A DNA stretch of 64,000 bases from assembly GCA_002691385.1 (NCBI GenBank), contig NZHT01000091.1:4843-68842 (forward strand), written 5' to 3'. Of the stretch, positions 38,801 to 49,000 are shown piece by piece. A program made the translations under genes and the position numbers. The first letter of the stretch is position 1; each line of letters opens with the position of its first letter. Below the pieces are notes generated by a model, which saw nothing but the letters and a program-made list of their open reading frames with translations, searched no databases and had not been told where the DNA came from. The stretch is from Flammeovirgaceae bacterium. Lineage in GTDB: Bacteria > Bacteroidota > Bacteroidia > Cytophagales > Cyclobacteriaceae.

Positions 38801-41800
38801 AATCAGATATCTAGAATAACTCTTGCCGGATCAAATGTGCAAATAAATTCATCAGGTCAAATTAAAGCAAAGGAAATTGCAGAATCAACTTTTACCAATG
38901 GTGGGGGTGACCACCTCTGGTCAAATGAGGCTAACTGGTCCTCAGGGATACCTAATGTGACAACTGCTAAAGTTACTTTGAATGATTCACTAATTATTGA
39001 TACAAATGTTGAAATAGCCCAGATTAAACTAGCTGGAGGTTATGGCACAGCTACGGTTTCATCAACTATTTCGGCAAAGACTCTAACTCTGAACGGGTCA
39101 TTAGTTACACAACCTATCCAAAACAATAGTGCAGATGTAGACCTTCATATTAATATGAAGGTTATTCTAAGCTCTATAGATGTCGAAACAATTCAGGCTA
39201 GTGGGGGGGGGACTTGTAGTATTACATTTGGCTCTAGCTCAGATTTAACCTTAGGTCAAAATACAAAATTTCTTGCTCAAAACAATCGAGTTATACGCAT
39301 GAATGGAGTTTTACAAGGCTCAAAACAATTTCAAGTTGGTGCCGCATCAACAGTTATTTTTGGTTCAACTTCTAATAATTCCGGTTTTACTGGAGGATTC
39401 AAAATGCTCGGAAATAACAGTACTTTAACGGTAAATACTGCTGCAAATGGTACATTTTTGAAGTCAGCTGCTAGCATGTCACCCGATGTAAATTCAACAG
39501 GACACACCATAACAATAAATACTGCTAACGTTCTTAAGGGTAATATTTCAATATTGGGAAATCCTGTTGCTCTAAATATCAATGCCAATCAATCTGCTGT
39601 TGGTAAAATAACCATGACAACTGGGACACTAAATTTAGCTTTGGGCTCTGATGTTTCCTCTTTAGCATTTGCAAATAATTATTCATCAGATTGGGGTACT
39701 GGAACACTTGCTATCACAGGTTTTAAGGATAACGTTGTTTCATTTGGTAATGATGCTGGGGGACTTACCTCAAGCCAGATTTCTAAAATAAATATCGGAG
39801 GCGAAACAGTTTTAATTAATGATGCTGGACAGCTATACAATGCAAATCCACCAACTATTACAAGCGTTACATCATCAAGTAATGACGGAAGTTATAAATC
39901 AGGAGATGTAGTTGCATTAAATATTGTTTTCAGTGAAGCTGTAAATGTTAAAGGTACCCCTCAATTAACATTGGAAACAGGATCAACTGATGCTATTGTT
40001 GATTATAGCAGTGGATCAGGCAATGATACTCTTACTTTTAATTATACTGTAGCAGACGGACACAATTCCTCCGATCTAGATTATGTATCAACAGGATCTC
40101 TAACCTTGGCTAACCCCAATCCAAGTGCACCAGTATATGCTGATACTGATGGAAATGCTAGAGCCATTGCAATAAATGGCAATTATGCATATATAACTGA
40201 CGGGAATGAAGGTTTAGCGGTTGTGGATATTTCGAATCCTACAATCCCGGGTGCGGCTGTTTACGAAAATACCAATGGATATGCTAGCGGAATAGCAATC
40301 AAAGGGGATTATGCTTATTTGGCTGATGCACAAGCTGGTTTAGCAATAATAGATATATCTACGGCAATTAATCCGGGAACTCCTAGTTATGTAAATACTA
40401 GTGGAACTTCTTATGGGGTAGCAATTAGTGGTGATTATGCTTATATTGCAGATAATAATTCAGGTTTAGCAATAATAGATATTTCAAATCCTGCCAATCC
40501 GGGAACTCCTGTTTATAAAGACACTGATGGATTTGCATTCGGCGTAGCTATAAGAGGAAATTATGCTTATGTTGCCGATTATGATAAAGGATTGGCAATT
40601 ATTGACATATCAAATCCTTCAAATCCTGGTAATCCTGTTTATGAGGATACTGAGGGATATGCAGTTGGAGTAGCCGTTAGTGGTAACTATGCTTATGTTG
40701 CTGATGCACAAGCTGGTTTAGCCATAATAGATATTTCAAATCCTGCCAATCCTGGAACACCCATATATAAAGATACTGATGACTATGCCTCGGGAGTAAC
40801 TATTAACCGAAATTTTGCTTTTGTTAGTGACAGAACTTCGGGTCTGGCATTGATTGATATTACTAATCCAACTAGTCCTGGTACGCCTCAATATGAAGAT
40901 ACTGGAAACGCATGGAACACTGCAATTAAGGGTGATTATGCATATGTGGCCGATAACACTTCAGGTCTTGCAATAATTAAAACTAATATTAACAGCATTT
41001 TAGATCCCTTGGGAAATGCAGCTAACCTTAATCTACCTAGTCCAGGATCAAGTGGATCTTTAGGAGCAAATAAAGCTATTGTTATAGACAATATTAAACC
41101 AACGGTTACTTCAGTAAATTCCCCAACTTCGGATGATTCCTATAGAGAAGGAGATGTAATATCAATTAATGTTGTATTCAGTGAAAAAGTTAATGTCACT
41201 GGTACTCCACAATTAACGTTGGAGACGGGCTCAAGTGATGCCGTAGTTGATTATAGTAGTGGGACAGGTACGGCTACTTTATCTTTTACTTATACGGTTG
41301 CAACTGAGCACAGCAGTACAGATCTTAGCTATGTTGGCACAGAATCTCTCATATTGTCTGGAAGTAGTACCATAAAGGATGTTGTAGGAAATATAGCAAT
41401 ATTAACTCTCCCTAGCCCAGGAGCCAATGGATCATTGTCAGCTAATAATGAATTAATTATAGATAATACTCGACCCACTATGACCATTACTGCAGCTGAA
41501 GGAGGTGATGGTTTTACCTCAAATGATTCTATTTTATCCCTGACATTTACAAGTAGCGAGGCAACTACTAATTTTACTCTAGAGGATATTACAGCAACTG
41601 GTGGATCTCTGAGTGACTTTTCAATTGTGAGTAGTACAATATATACTGCTACTTTTACAGCATCAGGCCTTGGTAATATTACAATTGATGTGGCTACTGA
41701 GACCTTTACAGATTCTCCAGGTAATTTTAATTTAGCTGCTGATCAGTTTAACTATAATTATGATCCATCAGTGCTTACGATGACAATCACTGCGGCTGAA

Positions 41801-42901
41801 GGAGTTGATGGTTTCACATCTGAAGATAGTACGCTTTCTCTGACCTTTAATTCAAATAAAGCAACTAATGACTTTACCGTAGAAGATATCACTGTTACTG
41901 GAGGAAATATCACTGATTTTATTTCAGTAAATGATTCGGTATATACAGCTACATTTACCCCAACAAGTGAAGGAGAAGTTACAGTAGATGTCGCTGCTGG
42001 GGCTTTTTCGGATGTTGCAGGGAATCTCAATCTTGCCGCCTTGCAGTTTAATTGGACCTATGATATAAATTATGCTCCTATAATGTCAGATACTTTATTT
42101 ATAATACCTGAAAATAGCGAAAATGGTACGTTTGTTGGTATCGTTGAGGCCACAGATGTGGATGGAGATCCTTTAACTTTTGAGATTGCAACAGGAAATC
42201 CTAATAATGCCTTTAGCATAGTCTCAAGTACGGGAGTTGTTACAGTTACTAATAAGGAAATGCTAGATTATGAAATAAATCCATCGTTTGCCATAAAATT
42301 AGGTGTTTCGGATGGATTTCTGACTGATTCAGCTACATTAACGATAAACTTGTCAGACGTTCTTGAAAATCAACCACCAATAGTTTTATCTGATACCTTC
42401 ACAATAGCAGAAAATAGTATAAATGGAACATTAATTGGTATAATCCAAGCATCAGATGCTGATGATGACTCTTTAAGCTATCTCATCCTAGCTGGTAATA
42501 CTGATGATGCTTTCAGAATAGATGAAAATGGGGAACTAATTGTAGTGAATGAATCTGTCCTTGATTATGAAATCAATTCTTCTTTTCATCTGACAGTGCA
42601 AGTATATGATGGCCAAATTTTTACCGTTGCAACAATAGTAGTGAGATTAACCGATATTGATGAGTCACTCCTTTCAGTCGAGAAAATGATGGAAATGGTT
42701 TATCCGAATCCATCAAGTGGAATCATAAATATTAAGATGAATCAATTCAAAAAAGCTGATTTATATGATTTGTCTGGGGAAAAAGTATTTAGCTCGAGAG
42801 ATCTTCGCATGGATATTAGTTCTGTTGACAAAGGTATTTATTTGATTACCCTTGAAAGACAAGACGGAACTACTGCAGTTATTAAAATTATTAAAGAATA
42901 A
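35843..42901 (+). CDS. Giant T9SS-secreted surface protein. It has four ~330-aa beta-helix-like modules, an Ig-like domain, seven LVIVD repeats, an Ig-like domain, two Big-like domains, two cadherin domains and a T9SS C-terminal domain.
   Basis: The ORF is open from 35813. The preferred start is the ATG at 35843 (MKKISLSLLFSLISIIAFSQ signal peptide). The domain order was read from the translation. The tail VYPNPSSGIINIKM...GIYLITLERQDGTTAVIKIIKE matches the type A T9SS sorting domain pattern. Confidence 0.85.
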   Translation: MKKISLSLLFSLISIIAFSQNNFTNGGGDHLWSNAANWSGSVPNSATAKVVIKNASVIVDGNYTVGQFKLPNANGGGVATVTVTNANNGVLTITGQGVTQPVQLNLNGQDLIFNCPVVFDATENETETFRFNSGNQSITFGAGHTLTVNDEITFTAVNLTSDLHFNGSTAGNGNLNFGVKTDVYFGSGYNGSNYGGTLRVGGGTGNNAVVLTSNVADNGTFLKSGGLIQVDQQGGTVNVNGANTLKGNITLTGANSLTLDVNKNQSAVGVITMGTGTLTLAVDAAVTSIAFADASGATWGNGSALAITGAADNEISFGSDANGLTNAQLAQVTLAGSTPAIDGSGQLAAPSIVVSTFNNAGGDNLWSNAGNWSAGIPTENTAKITVDANLIVDASKTIAQFIMASSAASTVTVTATNNATLTITGVGVTQPIQNNKSGGNIVFNLPVVFDSSEGATETLRMNSGNDQSVTFGASHSLTLNDELTVTGVNTNHDLNLNGNLLGAGNLKFGSKTQANFGSGFNGANYNGSLEIAGGSGNNAVTAISNVADDGTFLKAGGVINVTQTNGTLTINGANTLKGNIALSVANTLALNINKNQSAVGTITMGSGTLTLAVDAAVTSIAFADNSSASWGTGTLAITGATDNEVKFGTNASGVTSDQLAQITLAGSAVQINSSGQISPLSIVVSTFNNGGGDNLWSNAANWSAGIPTENTAKITVDSNLIVDASKTIAQFIMASSAASTVTVTATNNATLTITGVGVTQPIQNNKNGGNIVFNLPVVFDSSEGATETLRMNSGGDQSVTFGASHSLTLNDELTVTGVNKNHDLNLNGNLLGSGNLKFGVKTQANFGSGFSGANYNGSLEIAGGSSNNEVTVISNVADDGTFLKAGGAINVTQPAGTLTINGANTLKGNIALSGANSLALNVNKNQSAVGTITMGSGTLTLAVDAAVTSIAFADNSSADWGTGKLVITGAGENEVAFGTNANGLTSNQISRITLAGSNVQINSSGQIKAKEIAESTFTNGGGDHLWSNEANWSSGIPNVTTAKVTLNDSLIIDTNVEIAQIKLAGGYGTATVSSTISAKTLTLNGSLVTQPIQNNSADVDLHINMKVILSSIDVETIQASGGGTCSITFGSSSDLTLGQNTKFLAQNNRVIRMNGVLQGSKQFQVGAASTVIFGSTSNNSGFTGGFKMLGNNSTLTVNTAANGTFLKSAASMSPDVNSTGHTITINTANVLKGNISILGNPVALNINANQSAVGKITMTTGTLNLALGSDVSSLAFANNYSSDWGTGTLAITGFKDNVVSFGNDAGGLTSSQISKINIGGETVLINDAGQLYNANPPTITSVTSSSNDGSYKSGDVVALNIVFSEAVNVKGTPQLTLETGSTDAIVDYSSGSGNDTLTFNYTVADGHNSSDLDYVSTGSLTLANPNPSAPVYADTDGNARAIAINGNYAYITDGNEGLAVVDISNPTIPGAAVYENTNGYASGIAIKGDYAYLADAQAGLAIIDISTAINPGTPSYVNTSGTSYGVAISGDYAYIADNNSGLAIIDISNPANPGTPVYKDTDGFAFGVAIRGNYAYVADYDKGLAIIDISNPSNPGNPVYEDTEGYAVGVAVSGNYAYVADAQAGLAIIDISNPANPGTPIYKDTDDYASGVTINRNFAFVSDRTSGLALIDITNPTSPGTPQYEDTGNAWNTAIKGDYAYVADNTSGLAIIKTNINSILDPLGNAANLNLPSPGSSGSLGANKAIVIDNIKPTVTSVNSPTSDDSYREGDVISINVVFSEKVNVTGTPQLTLETGSSDAVVDYSSGTGTATLSFTYTVATEHSSTDLSYVGTESLILSGSSTIKDVVGNIAILTLPSPGANGSLSANNELIIDNTRPTMTITAAEGGDGFTSNDSILSLTFTSSEATTNFTLEDITATGGSLSDFSIVSSTIYTATFTASGLGNITIDVATETFTDSPGNFNLAADQFNYNYDPSVLTMTITAAEGVDGFTSEDSTLSLTFNSNKATNDFTVEDITVTGGNITDFISVNDSVYTATFTPTSEGEVTVDVAAGAFSDVAGNLNLAALQFNWTYDINYAPIMSDTLFIIPENSENGTFVGIVEATDVDGDPLTFEIATGNPNNAFSIVSSTGVVTVTNKEMLDYEINPSFAIKLGVSDGFLTDSATLTINLSDVLENQPPIVLSDTFTIAENSINGTLIGIIQASDADDDSLSYLILAGNTDDAFRIDENGELIVVNESVLDYEINSSFHLTVQVYDGQIFTVATIVVRLTDIDESLLSVEKMMEMVYPNPSSGIINIKMNQFKKADLYDLSGEKVFSSRDLRMDISSVDKGIYLITLERQDGTTAVIKIIKE
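35903..39850 (+). repeat. Four tandem coding modules (A1-A4), period ~990 bp (~330 aa)
   Basis: Each module opens with F(T/N)NGGGD.LWSN..NWS.G.P....AK(V/I). Each closes with DWG.GTLAITG..DNE..FG...(N/G)GLT..Q...I.L.G....IN..GQ. Module starts were read at about 35903, 36901, 37891 and 38881. Confidence 0.85.
36901..38880 (+). repeat. Nearly identical 990-bp tandem duplication (modules A2 and A3)
   Basis: Line-by-line comparison at offset 990. For example, 37021-37080 is identical to 38011-38070, and 36961-37020 versus 37951-38010 has 2 mismatches in 60. Other aligned 60-mers differ at only a few positions. Confidence 0.85.
40110..40990 (+). repeat. Seven LVIVD repeats (~43 aa / 129 bp each), a predicted beta-propeller
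   Basis: The pattern G(N/D)YAY(V/I/L)AD...GLA(I/V)IDISNP.NPG.P.Y.DT.G.A.GVA recurs seven times in the translation. Confidence 0.75.
42668..42898 (+). other. T9SS C-terminal sorting domain of giant protein 1
   Basis: The last ~77 aa read YPNPSSGIINIKMNQFKKADLYDLSGEKVF...ISSVDKGIYLITL...IKIIKE. Confidence 0.75.
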
Positions 42902-43088
42902 ATAACTAATACCGGAAAAATGTTTTGAAAATTATTTTATAGCAGAAATTAATTTCACAATTATAAAAGTCGAGCGCTATTTCTTATTAAAGCTTTGATA
43001 ATGCGTTAGACTATCATTAATTAACTTCTTTTTGCTTGTGAAATTATGCTCAACAAATTTTTCAGATTATTGATTTTTTTTAAAAACT

Positions 43089-46000
43089 ATGCCAAATATG
43101 GAATCCTTAGTGGTTAAAAAAATATTTTCATTTTTCAGAATACTTTTAATTCCAGTTCTCGGTTTTACTCAAAATACTACCTTTAATAACAATGGAGGTG
43201 ATAATTTATGGTCGAATAATGCTAATTGGTCTAATGGTATAGCAAATGAAGCTACTGCAAAAGTTACATTGAATGCCGATGCCATACTAGACTTAAGTGT
43301 GACGGTCGCACAAATAAAAATAGCTAGTAGTGGACCAAGTAATGTAACTCTTACCAATCGATCTGAAGCTACACTTACAATTACCGGAAATGGTGTAACT
43401 CAGCCTATACAGATTAATAAGAATACAACTAAGCTGACATTTAATTTACCAGTTGTTTTTGATTCGTCTGAAGATGCTCTTGAAACTATGCGTTTCAACA
43501 GTGGCAATATTATTATAACATTTGGAGCTGGGCATAGCTTGACTTTGATTGATAAACTATTAGTTACCGCTGTTAATAATAATAATACGTTAAATGTTGA
43601 TGGAAGTCTATTAGGTTCAGCAAACTTTAATTTTGGTGCCAAGTGTAATGTATTTTTTGGTTCGGAATCAAATAATTCATCCTACACAGGAAGTATAAGA
43701 CCAACGGCTGTTGATGTAGAAATCACAGCAAACACATCTGATAATGGCACTTTTATTAAATCTGGAGCTGCAATCGATATTCAAAATACAGGTGCTATAA
43801 TTACAATTAATGGATCGAATACATTAAAAGGTAACATCTTGGTTGGAGATAATAATCCCTCACTTAATATAAATGCAAATCAAAATAGTGTCGGTTTGAT
43901 CACAATTGGAGGTGGCACTTTAAACTTAGCTTTAGCTGATGATGTAAATTCGATGGCATTTGTCGATAACTCATTCTCTGATTGGGGTACTGGAACCCTT
44001 TCGATTACCGGTGCTGGAGATAATGAAGTTTCTTTTGGTACGGATGCTAATGGTATCACTTCGGCACAACTTTCTAAAATTACCCTTTCAGGTTCTAGTG
44101 TGGAAATAAATTCAGAGGGAAAATTATCCATCACTGGATCAAATGATGGTAGTCTAGTATCAGAATCAACTTTTACAAATGGTGGGGGAAATAATCTTTG
44201 GTCCAATACATCCAATTGGTCAGCCGGTATTCCTAATATTTTAACGGCTAAAGTTACTCTTGAAGCCTCAGTTATTGTTGATTCAAATGTAGAAATTGCA
44301 CAGATAAAACTTGGTGGTACTGCCAGCTCAAATGTGGTTGTATCCTCTTTGAATTCATCCATTCTTACCATTAACGGATCTGGAGTTACACAACCGATTC
44401 AAAATAATAAGGCAGATTTAGATTTAAATATAAATTTGGCTACAGTTCTTTCCTCATTAGAAGTCGAAATAATCCAAATAAGTGGTGGTGGTAGTTCTAG
44501 TATAACATTCGGTTCTAGCTCAGACTTGACCTTAAATTCAAATACTAAATTTATAGCACAAAATGATAGAAGATTTACCTTTGAAGGTATTCTTAAAGGT
44601 TCTGGTCAATTTATGCTCGGGACAGCATCAACGGCTAATTTTGGTTCGAATTCTGATAATACTCAACATACTGGAGGATTTAAAATGCTTGGAAACAATG
44701 GCAAAATTAATGTTAATACCCAAGCAGATGGGACATTTTTGACCCCGGGTGCCACCATAGCCCCTGATGCGAGTTCAATAGGGCATAATATTACCGTGAA
44801 TGCAGCAAATGTATTGAAAGGAAATATTTCAGTTTTAAGTAATCCATTGAATCTTAATATTAATGCGAATCAATCAGGTATTGGCATAATTACTATGACC
44901 AGTGGAATACTAAATCTGGTAGTTGCGCCTGATGTTACATTGGTAAGTTTTGTAGATAATTCATCTGCAGATTGGGGTGCAGGAACTCTTGCTATTACTG
45001 GTGCTGGAGAAAATGAAGTTGCGTTTGGAACAAATGCTAATGGATTAACATCTAGTCAAATTTCTCAGACGTCTATTTCAGGCTCGTTAGTTGAAATTAA
45101 CTCACAAGGACAATTATCTATATCAGAGGAAATATTAGATAAAAAAGGGATTGCAATGTCCTATAAAGAAGCTACCTGGCCGACAAGAATAAGTCGCTTG
45201 AAACCATTTTGGCACTACTCCTGGAATCGAGATATGAGGGAACAAATTCCAGATAGCGTGGAATTTGTTCCTATGTTTTGGGGTGCCGGAAGTGTTACTA
45301 ATGATGAAATATTAAGAATTAAAGGCCTTGCTGATGCCGGAAAGGTAAAATATGTTTTAGGATTCAATGAACCAGATCTTGAAAGTCAAGCCAATATGAC
45401 TATTGATGAGGCTATAGCTTTATGGCCTAAACTAGAAGAAATTGGGGTTCCTCTTGGAAGCCCTGTTCCGGCAGGACTTAATAATGGTTGGTTGGAGGAA
45501 TTTATGAAAAAAGCGAATGCCAATAATCTAAGAGTGGATTTTGTATGTATACATTTATACAGGGAAAACGATGCTCAGATTTTTCTGGATGCTGTAGATC
45601 AAACTTATCAAAAATATGGGAAACCTATTTGGATTACAGAAATGTCTGTTAAGGATAAACAAGCACAAACAGTAGCTGAAAACAGATTTTCAATGACTGA
45701 AGTTTTAGAGACAATGAAAATACTACTTCCTGAATTGTACAATCGGGAGTATCTTTCAAGATTTGCTTGGTTTACAGCTACTCGAGATTCACCTAATTAT
45801 CCAGGAAACTCATCATCAGTTCTTTATGATGAAAGTGATAACATAACAATTCTTGGCGAATATTATGCTGAATTCAAAGCTAACCCAGCATTCAAAGCGA
45901 AAGACATATCTGAGTCCACTTTTACAAATGCAGGGGGAGACAAGCTTTGGTCAAACTCAGCCAACTGGTCCGACGGAGTACCTAATGTTTCAAGTGCTAA

Positions 46001-49000
46001 GGTTACATTAAATGATTCAATAATAATTGATTCAGATGTTTCTATTAGTCAAATGAAAATGGCTAATGGCTTCGGCAGTGCGATGATATCCTCTTCAAAT
46101 TCATCTGCTCTAACGCTCAATGGAATAGGAGTAACCCAAATAATTCAAAATAATGGAACTGATGTAGATTTACAATTCAATCTAGATGTGGTTATATCTT
46201 CCTCAGATATAGAATCAATTCAGACAAATGGTAGTGGGAAATGTAGTATCACCTTTGGGCCCATTTCCGATTTGACATTAAAATCTATTACTAAATTCGC
46301 AGCTCAAGAAAATAAAAGTATAAATCTGAATGGAGTTTTACAGGGTGAGGGGCAATTTCAAATTGGGGCATCATCGAGTGTTAACTTTGGATCTACCTCT
46401 GATAATAAGTCTTTTACTGGAGGTTTTAAATTTCTAGGGAATAATAGTTTATTGGAAATAAATACAGCTAAAGACAGTACTTTTTTGAAGTCAGAAACTT
46501 TTATATCAACTGATGAAAATTCAACTGGACATAGTATAAATGTGAATTCTGCAAATGTATTGAAGGGTAATATTTCGGTCGATGGTAATAATTTGGTTCT
46601 CAATATTAATGCCAATCAAACGGGCTTAGGAACAATCAATATGGTAAGTGGAACTTTGGATTTGAATTTGGATTCAAGTATAACAGCTTTAATATTTGCT
46701 GATAATTCATCTGCGGATTGGGGTACCGGAACTATTGAAATAACGGGTGCGGGGGATAATGTAATAGGCTTTGGAACCAATTCTAATGGACTTTCAACAA
46801 AACAAATCTCACAGATAGAGATGGATAATCGAGCCGTAACTATTAATTCACTTGGCCAAATTTCGGCAAGTGGATCAGTTCAAGTAATTCAATCAACTTT
46901 CACCAATGCAGGAGGAGATAATCTTTGGTCTAATGCCGATAATTGGTCATCTGGAATACCTAATGTTCAAAATGCAAAAGTTACTTTAAATGAATCATTG
47001 ATATTGGATATGAATGTAACCATAGGTCAAATTAAAATGACTGCGGGATTTGGATCATTATCAATAACTACTAATAATGATGCTGTCCTTAAAATATCTG
47101 GTGATGGAGTAACCCAGCCTATTCAAAATAATGCTGGTAATTTAGAATTCGTTATAGATATTCCAGTTGTCATAGAGTCCATTGATTCACTTGCTGAAAT
47201 ATTTTTTCCTACGGTTCCTGGAGGAATAATAACCTTTGGATCAAATTCATCTTTGCAGCTAAATTCAGATATTACTGTGAACGCGAACAAAAATGCACAA
47301 AAATCGTTTAATTTTAATGGTACACTTTTCGGTTTAGGTAATTTTCAATTAGATGCAGGCACTGTTGTAAATTTTGGTGCAACCTCTGACAATTCAGCCT
47401 TTAATGGAAATTTTGTTTTATTAAAGGATAATGGAGAATTGGTGTCAAATATTACCGATAACGGAATATTTCTACCCACGGGAAGTTCCATTTTAGCAAA
47501 TGGTTCAGGGGGTAGTATCACTGTAAACGGAATTAATACTTTTAATGGGAATATCATTCTCTCTGCAAATGACATTGCGCTAAATATTAATGCAAACCAA
47601 TCCTCAATGGGTCTAATTTTAATTGGAGATTCGCTTAAGACTGACGATGTTAGTTTAGAATTGTCAATAATTAATTCCGTATCAGAGCTTCAATTCAAAG
47701 ATAATTCTATGTCTAATTGGGATAATTTATCCTTAAATATCATTGGTTTTAATGATAATGTAATTGCCTTTGGCACTGACTTTAATGGTCTTACAGTAGC
47801 ACAACTATCTAAAATTGATGTGGGGGGGCCGAGTGTGATAATTAATTCCTCAGGCCAACTAGAGGCAGAAGGAGAAATACCAATTAAATTATCAACCTTT
47901 AATAACGCTGGAGGGGATATGCTTTGGTCTAATCCGGTTAATTGGTCTTCTGGAATCCCAAATGATTCGAGCGCTAAAGTTATTTTAAATGCTTCAGTAA
48001 TAATAGATGTAGATGTCAACATTGCTCAAATGAAATTACAAGGTGGGTTTGGAGATGTGGAAGTCACGGGTAATGAATCCTCTAAATTAAATTTGACAGG
48101 TATTGGGGTAAATTCAATTATTCAAAACAATGGGAGCGATGTAGATCTTATGTTTGACTTGCCTATTGTCATTTCATCAACGGATGTAATTGAGAATATT
48201 CAGACAAATGCTGGAGGTATTTGTAGTATAACGTTTGGCTCGAATTCGAACATCAGTTTAAATTCAAATGTTAAATTCTCCGCCTCGAATGATAGAAAAA
48301 TAAATATGAATGGAATTCTAAATGGATCAGGACAATTTCAAATTGGAACATCTTCAACGATTAATTTTGGTTCATCATCAGACAATGATGCATTCTTGGG
48401 AGGATTTAAAATACTTGGTAATAATAGTCAATTGATAGTTAATACGGACTCAAGTGCTACTTTTTTAAAATCTGGGGTTGAAATAATGATTGATTCAGGT
48501 TCAAACGGGCACAGTGTAACTTTAAATGGTGAGAATGTTTTTTTTGGAGATCTTGCAATTTTAGATAGTCCTTTTAATTTAAATGTAAATGCCAATCAAT
48601 CAGGGATGGGGATAATTACAATGAGTAGTGGTATTTTAAGTTTAATTTTAAACGATTCTATTTCTACATTGGCATTTGCTAATAATTCATCTGCGGAATG
48701 GGGTGATGGAACATTATCGATTAGTGGTTTTGAGGATAATATAATTTCATTTGGAAATGATTTTAGTGGATTAAGTTTAGAACAAATAAAACAAATAAAT
48801 CACGAAGGGGAAGATGTTATAATTAATGAATTTGGGTATTTAATTAATGCAGATTATTCGGAAAATGATCACATTACAGGAATAAATAAAAAGAAAAAAG
48901 AGCAGATATTCTTCCCTAATCCAAACAGTTCTGTCTCTCTAAAATATTCATTTAAAAATTATATTAGGAGTAACGTTATTATATGTGATTTAGAGGGTAA

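Noticed and set aside
36634-48022. Many 60-160 aa ORFs on the minus strand inside the two giant genes (for example 36634-37092, 37849-38097, 43880-44371 and 47690-48022)
   Set aside because: They lie antisense to long, clearly coding, repeat-rich ORFs. Their Thr/Asn/Gly/Ser/Ala-rich codon usage rarely creates antisense stops. Their translations are low-complexity mirror images (for example TVTVLAAELAIINWAIVLLAS) and recur with the same 990-bp period as the sense repeats. They are artefacts of the sense-strand repeats.
35903-48840. Strong periodic repetition that might at first suggest a CRISPR array or satellite
   Set aside because: The period is ~990 bp and in-frame, and it is entirely inside long ORFs with conserved protein motifs. 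There are no short direct repeats separated by unique spacers. It is a coding domain repeat.
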